From: Pocillopora damicornis
Lineage: Eukaryota
DNA length: 64,000 nt
Direction: 5' to 3'
Assembly (NCBI RefSeq): GCF_003704095.1
Contig: NW_020844827.1
Location: forward strand, 124,001 to 188,000
A model generated the notes under the pieces. It was not told the DNA's origin and searched no databases. It was given only the letters and a program-made list of their open reading frames with translations. Each line of letters starts with the position of its first letter. The first letter of the stretch is position 1. The position numbers were made by a program, and so were the translations under genes. This document shows, in pieces, positions 1 to 12,000 of this stretch.

Positions 1-3000
1 GGATCAGCTGTCTCCGATAACGGAGACGACAGAGCCGTGTCCGTCTATCGCGTCAAATCCAAACTCGGCGTCAAATTCCACCGCCCCAAGCAGCCCGTGC
101 TCACCTTTAGACGTTGCGCCGTTCATGCCAGCATTTTTTACAACTTCCCCTGCGAACACATTGGACAGGAAGATGCAACGATTCAGTCTTAAAGACAGAG
201 ACAACACTTTAGTCGCAGATGACGATGAAGACGATGACTTTTCTGGTAATCCTGAACCTAGTGCTACGCCCAGGTTTAACGAAATGCCGGCAAACAAAAA
301 CCGGGAATTTTCATCCAGGAGTAAGTCCTTCGAACAGCTCGCGCGTGGTAGCTACACAGTTGGTCACATTCCTGTGGAAACGGCCAAAGCAGCTGGTATC
401 CCTGTCATTAACGCAAGCATTGAGGAAACTCGTCCCAGGGTGAATTCAAATTCAGAACTATACGGCGTTTTAACAAGTAGAAAACTCAACCAGACAGGTA
501 CTAATGCGAGCCAGAATTTGTCTGCATTTCGACCGTACGTGTTGTCCGCGCGTGAAGACGAAGTGGGAGAGATATTCGCAACCGAAGGCGTAGACGGGAG
601 GCGGGACTCACTCGAGACTTCGCCTGTGCATTCACCTGTACCCGCTTTAACTCGCGGGAAACGGGATGACACTCGACAAGAGGCTGCTCTCCGATCTCGT
701 GATCTACATGCACTGGACAGCCCAGGAGATGTGGTAATTTACGAACGTTCTTTGTCGAGCTCGCATGGGACTCAGGAAAACGTTCCAACTGAAAACTCCA
801 AAGAACAAGGTAACCAAAACGAATGTGCGCAAACACATTCTGCATCTGTCAACCGATCAAAGAAAGCGGAAGCGTTTGTGTTTGATTTTGATCAAGGTGT
901 TGTGCAAAGTTATGAAATTAATCCTGCTACGCAAGACTATAGAACTTATAATAATGGCAAACGTGGAAGTGTTGGTGATGGCAGCAATTCAATACAGGGT
1001 AACCAGGTTCTGAAAAAGTCACAAGAAGATCGTTTTGCCACATTCAGTAGAAACTCTCCTAGAGGTGCACAATTACACAGGCCTCAGGAACAGGAATTAG
1101 CCTCTAGTCGTGAAACAAATGGCGGCCAAGTTTTCAAAGAAAGGACAAGTGTTGATATGAAAGATCTTCGAACGTCTGACGGATTTTCAACGTATAGGAA
1201 AAATTATTCGCCAGAAAAGAAAGCAAATGATGCAAATGGAGTCTCTGGAACAGGTATAGAGAGCTGGGATGTGCGGCGGTCAGACGGGTTTTCAACTTTC
1301 AGAAAGGAACCTATGGCTGCTTCAGCAGATAGTACGTTGGCGCAGAATAATATGGCCTCTTTCCAAGGTCAGAGAGGAAACGGAATTGATCCATTTTCAA
1401 CATTCGCCATATCTACCAAGAGACAGGAAAGTAACCAGGGTCGTGATCAAGTCGAATTACACCACTCTCCTGAACAAGAATCAACGACAGCTGTCGTTAG
1501 AGGATCCGTTCCGAGCAGGGGAGGAGAGAGTGAGACTGACGCCATCCTCAGAGAGGGAGAAGAGGAGCCGGTTCGCTCACCTGGTGCGTCAAACATTTTG
1601 CGGTCTCGGACCTTCAGGAAAACGCCCACCGGTCAAATCGTTGAGGATGTTAGTATTGGTACCAGGAATTCTCTAGTGCATAACGAACTACGTTCTTCAA
1701 CAAACAGCGACCGCAAAGACACTGGACAGCACACTGTAAATAAACACATCCGGGATAGCCCAGAGGGAACCGGAAGTGATAATCCACACCGGATCAGTTG
1801 GACGGATGATCAGGAAGCTGGGGCGAGGCTGATCAAACAGTTGAATGCCAGTAAAGAAATGGCGGTAAGGAAAAAGTAATTTGTAGAAAAATTTAGAAAG
1901 ACAGAAACAACGTAAACAGCACAGGTGATTCCAAATAAGTAAATATTTGTCTTTTTTTCCACAGGCCACCCCGAAAAGTCATGACAGTGATAGTTCCAGA
2001 AGGCGTGGCAGCCCCAGACATACAGGCCGTGGAAGCCCGGGAGCGAGAATCAGTTGGCTGACTGCCGCCCGGAGTGGTGTAGGAGGGCAGGTCATGTTGA
2101 ATGACAAAGGTAAGGGAGGGGATGGTACAGGGAATTGTCATCTANNNNNNNNNNNNNNNNNNNNNNNNNNNNNNNNNNNNNNNNNNNNNNNNNNNNNNNN
2201 NNNNNNCATCTCCCTCCTCCCTTCCGCGAGCTCTTGTAAAGGAAGTGACGGCAAGTTCTCGCTGACAATAAACTGACAACTCTTTATAACCATTACAAGC
2301 TCACAGGCGATAGAAATATGATGCTCTTTAGTAAGCAGATTTTTCGCTGTGGTTTTGACCTTTGCTCGCCCACACCTGAAACCTAATTTAGCCTGTGGAG
2401 GAAAATGCCTTGCTTTCACATCCGGTGATTTTTTTTCTATATTTAGTTTGATTGGAAGTTTTAAAAAGGCATTTGGGAAATTTTTAGACACCATGCAATT
2501 AAACCCTTATCAGCATTGACAGATCTTAGGGTAATAGCACGCAGAAAAGATATTTATGAATTCTGTTTTGCGGCAAACATTTTGCGTCGAGAAACGGATG
2601 TTTGGCTCGGGCCGCTAGGAAATGACTGCAAAATCAAGGTCAGGTAAAATACGGCAATCCGGCTGGGATTTTGTGCAGTTTTGACCCTTTTCCGCCGGTG
2701 TTGATATCCATCGAGGTGTGGCAGACAAATTAATTTTCCTTGGCAAGAAATCCTGGACGTAATCAACTCGAACCCACCGATCGCTTTATATACCAGGTTG
2801 TGGCATTTTCTGCTAACTCGACCGTTCTTCTGTGTTCTACTAATCTTTTTTGGATGTTAATGGTATCTTTCTCAGTTTACCGTCAATATTTTGTTGGCGA
2901 ACAGTGATTTTTTTTTCCGCGCGTTACTGTCCTTTCGTGCTCGTGTGTGACTGTGTTTACGCGCGAAGTTTACGACATCGATCAGACACGCCTGAGTAAT

Positions 3001-6000
3001 GCTAAAAGCATTACACTGGCTTTTTCATCTGTATGACAAAGACGCTCTGAAGCCGACTCTTTTGGATTTGAAGAAATTTCTCCTGCCGCTGTGAATTTAA
3101 GGTGAGTGTTCCGACAGTCTTTTAACCATACTGATAAATAATATATGCGAGGTAATAAAATTGTTGATACTTGGCGATTCTCGCCCTTAGTGCTGTAATT
3201 TGCATGTAAGAACTGAATATATTAACTTGTAAGTCGTGGCGTGGTGTATTTATTTCTGAGTGTTTTAATCGGATCTTGTGTTGTTTTTCGCCGTCCGTGA
3301 CTGAATAATCTCTCAAATTTGCCAAGGTTCGCCTGGAGTGTGACGACTGAACCGAAGGAAATACAGAAATCGGGAAATTGTAAACAGACGTACGGATCGT
3401 GGTTTTGTTTTTTTACATAAGCGCTGTAATGTTGCTTCGCTCATACTGTTGGATGTTGTGTAGGAAATGTCGCTCATAAATTCAACGGCGGTGATGTCAT
3501 CTGCTAGAAAGAGAGGACTTAGCGTGTGATTCGATCGTCATCTTTCAGAAATAGTTTCCAGTCGTTTATAGTGAATTCGTCATTTAACACGGCTGTTGTG
3601 TTGTGAACATCACTCGTTCATCAGACAGACACGCGCAGTTTTTTCTTCCTAGAGTACTTCTTGGCGAGGCTCTGACCGCGTTTGATTTGCGTTATCTCGT
3701 CAATCGCTGTGATCTAACTTTAGAGGGAACACCACCGAGAAGTTCACGTATTAATAAGCGAGCAAGCGGGGAAGATCGAAGAAGTTATTTCACAGGACCT
3801 GTCGAATACCACCGGAAACCAACGTGTTTATAATCTGGTGCTGTTTGTTCCTTTGAGTGTACCACACTGAGCGGTTCTAATGCTCGGTGAAGAAGTATTC
3901 AAGGTAGATTTCTTGTTTATTGATATCTTTGTACAGGAGCCTTGTGTTTTTTTGTATCCCGGCTTTTAACCTTCACATTCGCTAAAACGTTTCGTCTTTC
4001 AATCTCGGGTTAAATACATGCTGTAGCAGGTTAGCAGTTAATATTAAACTGGATTCAATACGGAACTTTTTAGCTGCGGTGTTTTGTATTTTTTTCTTCA
4101 TTGCATCAACATTCTTTGTCAGCACAGAATCGAGATGTGTACTTTTATCGTAACGAGGCTCTTAGTTTTTAGAAAGCTTTTTCTGACTTTATTAATTGTT
4201 TCTAATTGTTTTATATCCGAAATGTCACGTAATTTTTTGGTGAAATCGAACTCAACCGTGCTTGGCAAAATATTATCAATTCATTGAAAGCACTCATGCA
4301 ATATTTATAATATTTCTGTTATAGAGTTATATTCGCCCATACTCTATATCTAAGGGAGAGAGATGTTTGTTTTTGTTTAATTCTGCCTTTTATCCTCTAT
4401 TTACTGAGCCAAGTTTGATGAATGTATTATGAGAGACAAAATTATCTTCATCTAGTTTACATTTTGTACATTTTTCGCTCGTCAAGGGTTATTCGGCGCC
4501 CTTTTGTAAATATGAAAGTAATAAGTACCATGCATGTATATTGGAGTTAGATGCTCACTTTTATATTGCTTTCCAATTTATCGATTTCGTTTAGAATAGA
4601 TTTTGTATCTTGTCCTCATGATGGATATTTTTGGCTTAAAGCTAATCCGTTTTGTGAGAAAGAGAAGAACTATTTGCGGTCCAAAAGCGTTGTGCAATGA
4701 TTATTTTGAAGATAATTACTAACATGTTTACCTAATTAAGGGAAAACGCTGAAAGTTTGTTTCATTTATCAACTTTTTTGTTTTTTTCGGAAAATGAACT
4801 GAATTTCTCGAGCAGAATTTTTCGAAATAACCTCTTCACTTCGGTTCTTTAGGTGAAAACGAAAAAACGTTTCTGCAAATATTTACTAGATGATACACAT
4901 AATGTTTTCTTTTTCTATTGATTACAAATAGCAACCCAAGTTATTTTCACCGTAGTTTCCCGCAAGTTACATTAATTTACAAAAGAAAAATTATTAGAGT
5001 TTTATTTGTATCGAACGTTAAAATGGGCAGCAAAATCACGATAATATTGAAATTTTTAGTCTACCTTTATACCTAGCGGCTAAGAACTTGAAAATCTCTT
5101 TTCCAGTATAGCGTTATGTACATCAGTTCTTACATGCAAAGGCCGACCCTAATGCTTCAAACAATTTCTGTCGAAATTTGACCTTCCATAATATATTTCT
5201 TTTTTTTCTTATTTATTTTCGAATGATAAAGTTTTTTAATTTTCGTCGTCTCTTCAGATTGCATGCAGAAAGAAGCTTCAACAGAACTTGCTGCTGGCGA
5301 AATATCTCATGGGCGATCGTGTTTCGTAGCAACAGTGGTTATCCGCCCTAAACATATGCGCAATACTGAGGGAGCTCCATGGGATTTGCAAGAAAATGGA
5401 GCCAAAGAGGAACCCGAGGGCTTGAGGCTGAGAGCAAGTGCTCGTTTTGGTCCCGAAGATGACACACCTGTAGTTGAATCAGGATCGTTATTAAGGAATA
5501 CTGGTACAACGACTAGTTTAGATGGTGAATGTAGTTCTTCTACTGAGATATTTGAAAAAGAAAGAAATATGTTACACAGCGAGTCTAGTCTCGAGCCACA
5601 GACAGGTGGGAGTATTCGTGACAGAATAGCGGCGCTTAAAGCTGCCTCGGGAATGAAAACACTGTGTGTTACTCCAGGCAAAGAGCAGGTGAAGAAGCCT
5701 TTTACCAAACCTGCCGTTAGAGCGCGCGAAGACGAAGAAAATGAAAAAGTGAAAACAGACCTAGGAGGTGAATCTCCAAAATCGAACGAAGAATCGTCGA
5801 AGACAGAACGTGAATCTGAGATGTCCCAGATCTCTCCAAAAAATAGCATCGCGTTCGATGTGGGATTCCAAAATGCGACAAAAAGTCGCCCGCCCCCTCG
5901 TGTGTTGTCGAGATTTAAAACTGATAATTTCGAATCGAAAAACGAGGAAATTGTTTTAGAATCACCGGTTGCGGGTAATAAAGAAATTGGGGCCGTTACG

Positions 6001-9000
6001 GACAAAGCTTTAGCCTTTGAAGTCAGCTTTAACGATGAACCGCGTTCAAAACGCGCTAAGGATGAACCTTTTCTGATGCAATCACCATTCAAGGCCCTGA
6101 GAACGCGTTCTAACCTCAGGCGTCAACAGAACTCGAAGCCGTGCAAGCCAATCAGGGCGCTAGAGGATTCGGAAGATAACAATAGCTCTGAATTACCGAA
6201 GCTGCTTAAACGAAACACATTCACTCTAGATTCAGTCTCAGATCAGGGAACACCGATCGTTAAGGTTTTAGACGAACTTGCGAGTAAGGAAGAAGCCAGA
6301 CAAAAAGGAGAGGGGGAGTCAGGCGAGCGTGGCACAAAACGCAGTACCTTCACTCTAGAGTCTGTATCCTTATCTAAAGTTAATGTCACTGAGAGTGGGC
6401 TGCCTGTGGTCAATGTACTCAACGACTCTTTGATTAAGAAGGAATCTGAACTAAGTCAAGTGGAATTAGACATTGCTACGACATCTTTGTCAAACGAAAT
6501 TTCTAAAAAAAGAAGCACTTTCACTCTGGAAACTGTAGCGAAAGAATTAGATTGTGCGACAGAACAAGAAGAGAGACGGGTAACCCAATATGAAGAATAT
6601 CATCCAGGCCCCATTACTACCGATACGCTCGCAAAGCAGACTTTGACGTCAGAAGAGGAACTTGTGACCTCCGAGAAACGTTCAACATACAGTTTAGACG
6701 CAGTTTCATCGTCGTTACAAAGGGTAACTGACCAAGGTGTACTTGTCATTGAAGTTTTAAATCAGCTCGCTAAACGCGAAGAATTGCAATCGCCTGTCGG
6801 GAGTGATGCTGACAGTTCACCAGCTTTGGCCGATTCCGTTCAAAAACGTGGTACGTTCACTCTTGACACTGTGTCACAGACCATAGACGACGAGGAGAAG
6901 AAGGGCGTGTCTACAGTGAAAGTGTTAGATCAGCTTGCGTCTAAACACGAGTCCACTTCATCGACTGAGGCAAACTCGGAAGAAAAAATCAATACTGTGA
7001 CTCACCAAAATCGTGGCACCTTCACCTTGGACAGCGTGTCGCAGACTCTCGAAGATGCCGAGCGTAATGGTCTACCGGCAGTTGAGGCGTTAGATCGGCT
7101 TGCTTCTGATCAGGAGACTCATCTGATCCTTGACGCTTCATGTGAAGACAAAGTGAAAACTGAACCACCCCAAAACCGAGGCACTTACTCATTAGACTCA
7201 GTATCTCACGCGATCGAGGAGGCCGTAGAGAAAGGAATTCCAGTTTCCGTCACGTTGAATAACTTAACCCAGGAGGGGAAGACCCCTGCGCGTGCTCTTG
7301 GTGACGTTTCTGCTGGCGACAATTTTTGCCGTCTCAGTGCACACCCCGATGTGGAAGCACAGCCACATGACGATCGGGACGAGATCGAAGCCTGTTTCGA
7401 AGATGCTTTGGAACAACTGGAGGATTGCTTGACTTTTGTGACCTTCCCATCGACTTCTGATCGTAGAAGATCGTATTCTGACAGGAGGCGATCGTTTACT
7501 GACCGGAATGAATCGTCTAATGATGGGGGACAGTTGTCATCTGATCAAGAACGTTCTTCCGAGACACCTGGAAAGCGTGGCACGTACGATCTCGACGATG
7601 TATCCAATTCTGTCGAAGTTGGTACCAAAGTGGGGATCCCTGTTGTTGAAACGCTGGAACACTTGTCAAAAACAAAGAGCCGTCAAGGGCAATCTTTTCA
7701 AGAAACTCGCCAGTTTGAGCAAAACAGAAGAACTTATACGCTGGATGAAGTTTCCTTTTCACTTCAGAATGCCTCTGAGAATGGTATCCCTGTGGTTGAA
7801 GCTCTCCAAAACGTAACTAAAAGTACCAAGCTAGTTCAAGAGACTGGGGATAGGGCACAGAAGCGAGGCACATACACCCTTGATGATGTATCGAAGTCGC
7901 TGGAGCGCGCTAAGAGCACCGGGATGCCTGTTATTGAAGCGCTAGAGTCTTTGTCAAAAGAAAAGTCATCGAGTCCACTAAGACTTAAGATCCCAGAGAG
8001 AGGCGGTGAAAACAGAGGGACTTACACTTTGGATGAAGTGAGTCATTCACTGGAAAAGGCAAAACAGAGAGGTCTCCCTGTTGTGGACGCTTTAGGGCAG
8101 CTTACACATGCTAAAGATGGCGTCTCTCTCCGAGGAACGCCTGATGCCGTCCATCGAAGGCAAGAAAAACTAGTTAACAGAAAAACCTACGCGCTGGCCA
8201 GTCCGCTTGAGACAATTGGTGAAGGAACTAAGTTACGCTTGTATGATGGCAGCCAGCGGCAGATGTTATCGCCACTGACTTTACATATGAAAACAAACGA
8301 AGCCACCCCTGAGAAAGTAAACAGCAGCGACAGTAAAGCAAAGGGCTTAGGTGTTGTGCAGAAGTTAGATTTCTTGACTTCAGCTTGCGAGCTTTTGCTG
8401 GAGGCGAATGCCAAAGAAATGGCTCGAGATCGTGGGCAAACAAGTTTGGAGAGTTCTTGGGAAACCCCAACTATTGACGAATCCTCTCGAACCTTGCCGA
8501 AGACTCCTAATGAAGGTAAAGAATCTGATCGCCGTACGTATTCGTTAGACATCGTCTCGCGGACTGTTGACGACGCCACAGCGGCAGGGATCCCAGTTGT
8601 AGAAGCTCTAAAAAGTGTGAAACCTGTGGCCAAAGCAAATACAACTTACAGAACTAATCTAATGCGACTGAATTCCAAATCCGACTCGGAACTCATTCAC
8701 GATGAGACCGAGAAAAAGTCGTCGGAGAGGAACACTCATTCCCTTGGGGACGTGTCAAAGACGCTTTCAGACAAGACGAAAGCTGGGATTCCTGTCATAC
8801 AAGCCCTGGATCAACTTGCCAAGGATTTGGTGGAGTTTTCAAGAACTGCGCTGGGCGAAGATGTGAAGGTTTCCTCTCTTGGGAAAGAAAACCGAAAGAG
8901 AAAACGCCATTCGGAAGTTATTGATCGCGGTAATAAAACAGCTGGTCAGCAGTCATCACACCCTTCCACTCAAGGACCACCTAACTCCTCACCCATGCGA

Positions 9001-12000
9001 AAAGCTCATTCGTTAAATGATATAGCTTCTGCTGTGCAACTGGCATTTCAAACTGGTACTTCTTTAGCGGACCTTTTAGACAGTATTGCATCTGAAAAAC
9101 CTGTCGAACAGCTTTCATCTTCGAGTGACGTCCGACCGCGATCGGTCGATTCCGGATTTATCTCGTCACTTTCCGACTACGATATTTCGTCACAAAGTGT
9201 GGATTCGCCGCGCAACCGAAGCAACACGCTCATTCTTGATAGCTCGAACGAAGAACTAGATTTGGCAAAACTCGTGGGTTCTGCACCAAGCGATAAAATT
9301 GTTCTCACCGAAGACACGACGATCAACGAAAACCGTCGAACGTTCACACTTGATCACGTGAGCGGCTCGGTAGAACGTGAAATTTCACGGGGTGTACCTA
9401 TAATCGAGGCTTTGAAAAAAGTCTCCAACAACTGTGAGATGAAAATGCAAATAAGTGAAAAGATCGAAAGTATAGACAACACTGAGAATAAATCGAGAGA
9501 AATTTCAGAAGAAACGGTGATTAACAACTCTGTGAAAAAGAAGTCGCCTCCGAAGCCTAAACGACAAATATCAAAGAAAACTGCGTCACTGCGAACTAAT
9601 TCTGACGCGTTTGTGGTTGAGTTTTACTCCTCTAGCGGTCAGCAGGGTCAAAATACGTCCAAATTTCAGATTGTGGACAATGAAGTTGAAGAAGTGAATG
9701 CCAGTAATGATGAATCTAACGTGAAAAACTCTGACGGGAAAGCGCAAGGGATTGAAGATAAATCTAGCGTTACTTCGTCGTCGTCAGATAAGGTCCCTGC
9801 AAAGGGGCTTAAACCTGTATCTACAAGCACACCCTCACGAGAACGTGCCACTTGGCGCGCAAGTGGAAGCGTTCTGGACAAGATTGAGAGTCTAATGGAT
9901 GCTGAAGGGGATTGTGGGATGTCACCTGCGGATGTTCTTGATCAAGTAACTGACTTACCTGATGATTTTCAAGGTTTGTTTGAAATGGAAAGTAGAACCT
10001 GATACTTCCATTAGTGATCAGGTTCAAACCTTTGATAACTCATTAAAGGTTAAACCAAAGGCTTTGTTTTTTAATGACTACAGCAAATTGTTGTTAGCGA
10101 AAGGAGTCTCTTGTAGTCATGATTTTGCAGACTCAGGGCTGTTTGCAAATGTAATGGTAAAAAGTCATGTTATTTTCTTCTTGTTTTCTGTTCAGAACCA
10201 GCCAGTAAGAGTCGCGTAACTTAACAGTTTAATATAACGTTTTGACTTTTTGGCGTGAAAATGATGCTCGAGTTACATGAAGAAGTCTCTCAGCCGTGTG
10301 GCGCTCCTTAGAACATTCACCAGGGTCACTCTTCGTCACGGGAGGCGCTGGCCTGATGTCTAGCGTGCTGAACTCCAGACGAAGAGGTCTGGGTTCAATA
10401 CATGGCTAGGTCATTGTGTTGTGTTCTTGGGCAAGATGCTTTACTGTTATAGTAAATCTTTCCCCCCCCCCCAGGAGGAAATTTAATGAAATCCTGGGGG
10501 TGGGGATGGGGATTTCCTGCAATAGATGATTGAGTTAGTCTCCTCGTCACCTCTTTAAGGAGTGCTAAGCACTCAAAGATGATTTTAATCAATGTTTTGC
10601 TCTTAGGTGAGATTGAAGAGCCGGAGCAGGACGAAGCCGAAAATGAACAAGCTGTTACATCACAGATCGCCTATCTGCGCATGCAATTGGAGGAAAAACG
10701 GCGTCACATCGAGGCAGAGAAACATCGAGCCCAGGCCGAGTGGGAAGACCAGCGACGGAGACTGGGACAGACTGCCTTTTGGTATGTTATTGGAAAGGCA
10801 CAAGGAGGTCCGGGCGTCGGAGAAGGGACTGAGGTGAGTGAGTAATTTGGAAATCATCGTGTTCTGCGCAGCCGACATTTGGTAAAGTTTTACAACCGTT
10901 AATTTGGTTAGATTTGATTGTTTGAATAGTAATGAAGAATACAAGCGCACAAACCGAGCTTACGCTCCTTGAGATTCCTAGATCAGGAGAATTCTCTTCA
11001 TCGTAAATGCTTTTTAAACTCTTAGGTAAAGCGTCCGGAGATGGTTCCGGTCACGACGCCTCATTCCCACGAAACACCGAGAAAGTCTGTGCCCGAGTTT
11101 CCCAATCAACCCTCGCCTCCCGTCGCTTGGTCGTCCCCAGCAAACTCTCCATTGCCTGCTACTGCACTGGAGTCCAGTCCTCCAAACAATGCAGGGCTTG
11201 AGACTCGTGAATTTCGTCTGTCTGATTATCCACCTGTTGATAATCAGGGAACAGCGCGTCCGTCATCCCAGCCAGCGGTGGAAGTCGGTTCCAGGCCCAC
11301 GCCGGGACCAACACGTCCAGCTTCACACGAATCAGCGGCTTCCCGCCCCAGTCCTACGCGAAAGTGCTGGGATGTGAACGTTGGGCCAGTACTTACACCG
11401 CCCCCATTGGTGCATCCTGACGCAGAATCCGAGAGTAATGACGCTAAAGAAGAATCGAACAACTTTGGAGGTACAGGAGAGATTGAGGTTGAGATTCACA
11501 CCCCGCAGAAGAAAGGAATGGCGATGTTTATCAGCGATGATGACAATCTTGCGCCTCAGGTAAAGTATTTGGGACAGAAAGGTTAGCTTAGGCGGGAAAT
11601 TGCAGAAGAACCAATCCTCTCATGAAAACTTGACCTTTTCAATCTGTATATCTTTGTTTTCTTCATCAATACAGGGATTGACTCCAGAACAACAACGGAA
11701 GCGAGAGAGGTTCATGAAGGCTCGGCAAAAGAAGCAAGCAGAGGAGAAATCACGAAAGGAGGCAGAATTAGAGAAAAAGAGGCGGTAAATGGAGTTACAT
11801 AATTTTTAAAGACCAAGAAAATAATCAGAAATGAATTTTAACTCAATTTTTATGATTTCCACGCTGAATTTTAAATGTCAACCTCTCTCTTAGTCTATGT
11901 GGCTTTCAAACAAGTATGACTCAAAAAAAAGGGCAAATAGCTAATAGCAAATGGAGCAACATTCAACTGTGTGCCAAAAGGATTCCGGGATTGCTCTGGT

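Noticed and set aside
5307-6092. 261-aa antisense ORF and other antisense or overlapping ORFs over large exons (e.g. 8187-8633, 25299-25628, 40997-41293)
   Set aside because: Shadow ORFs of real coding sequence, with no motifs or splice support.
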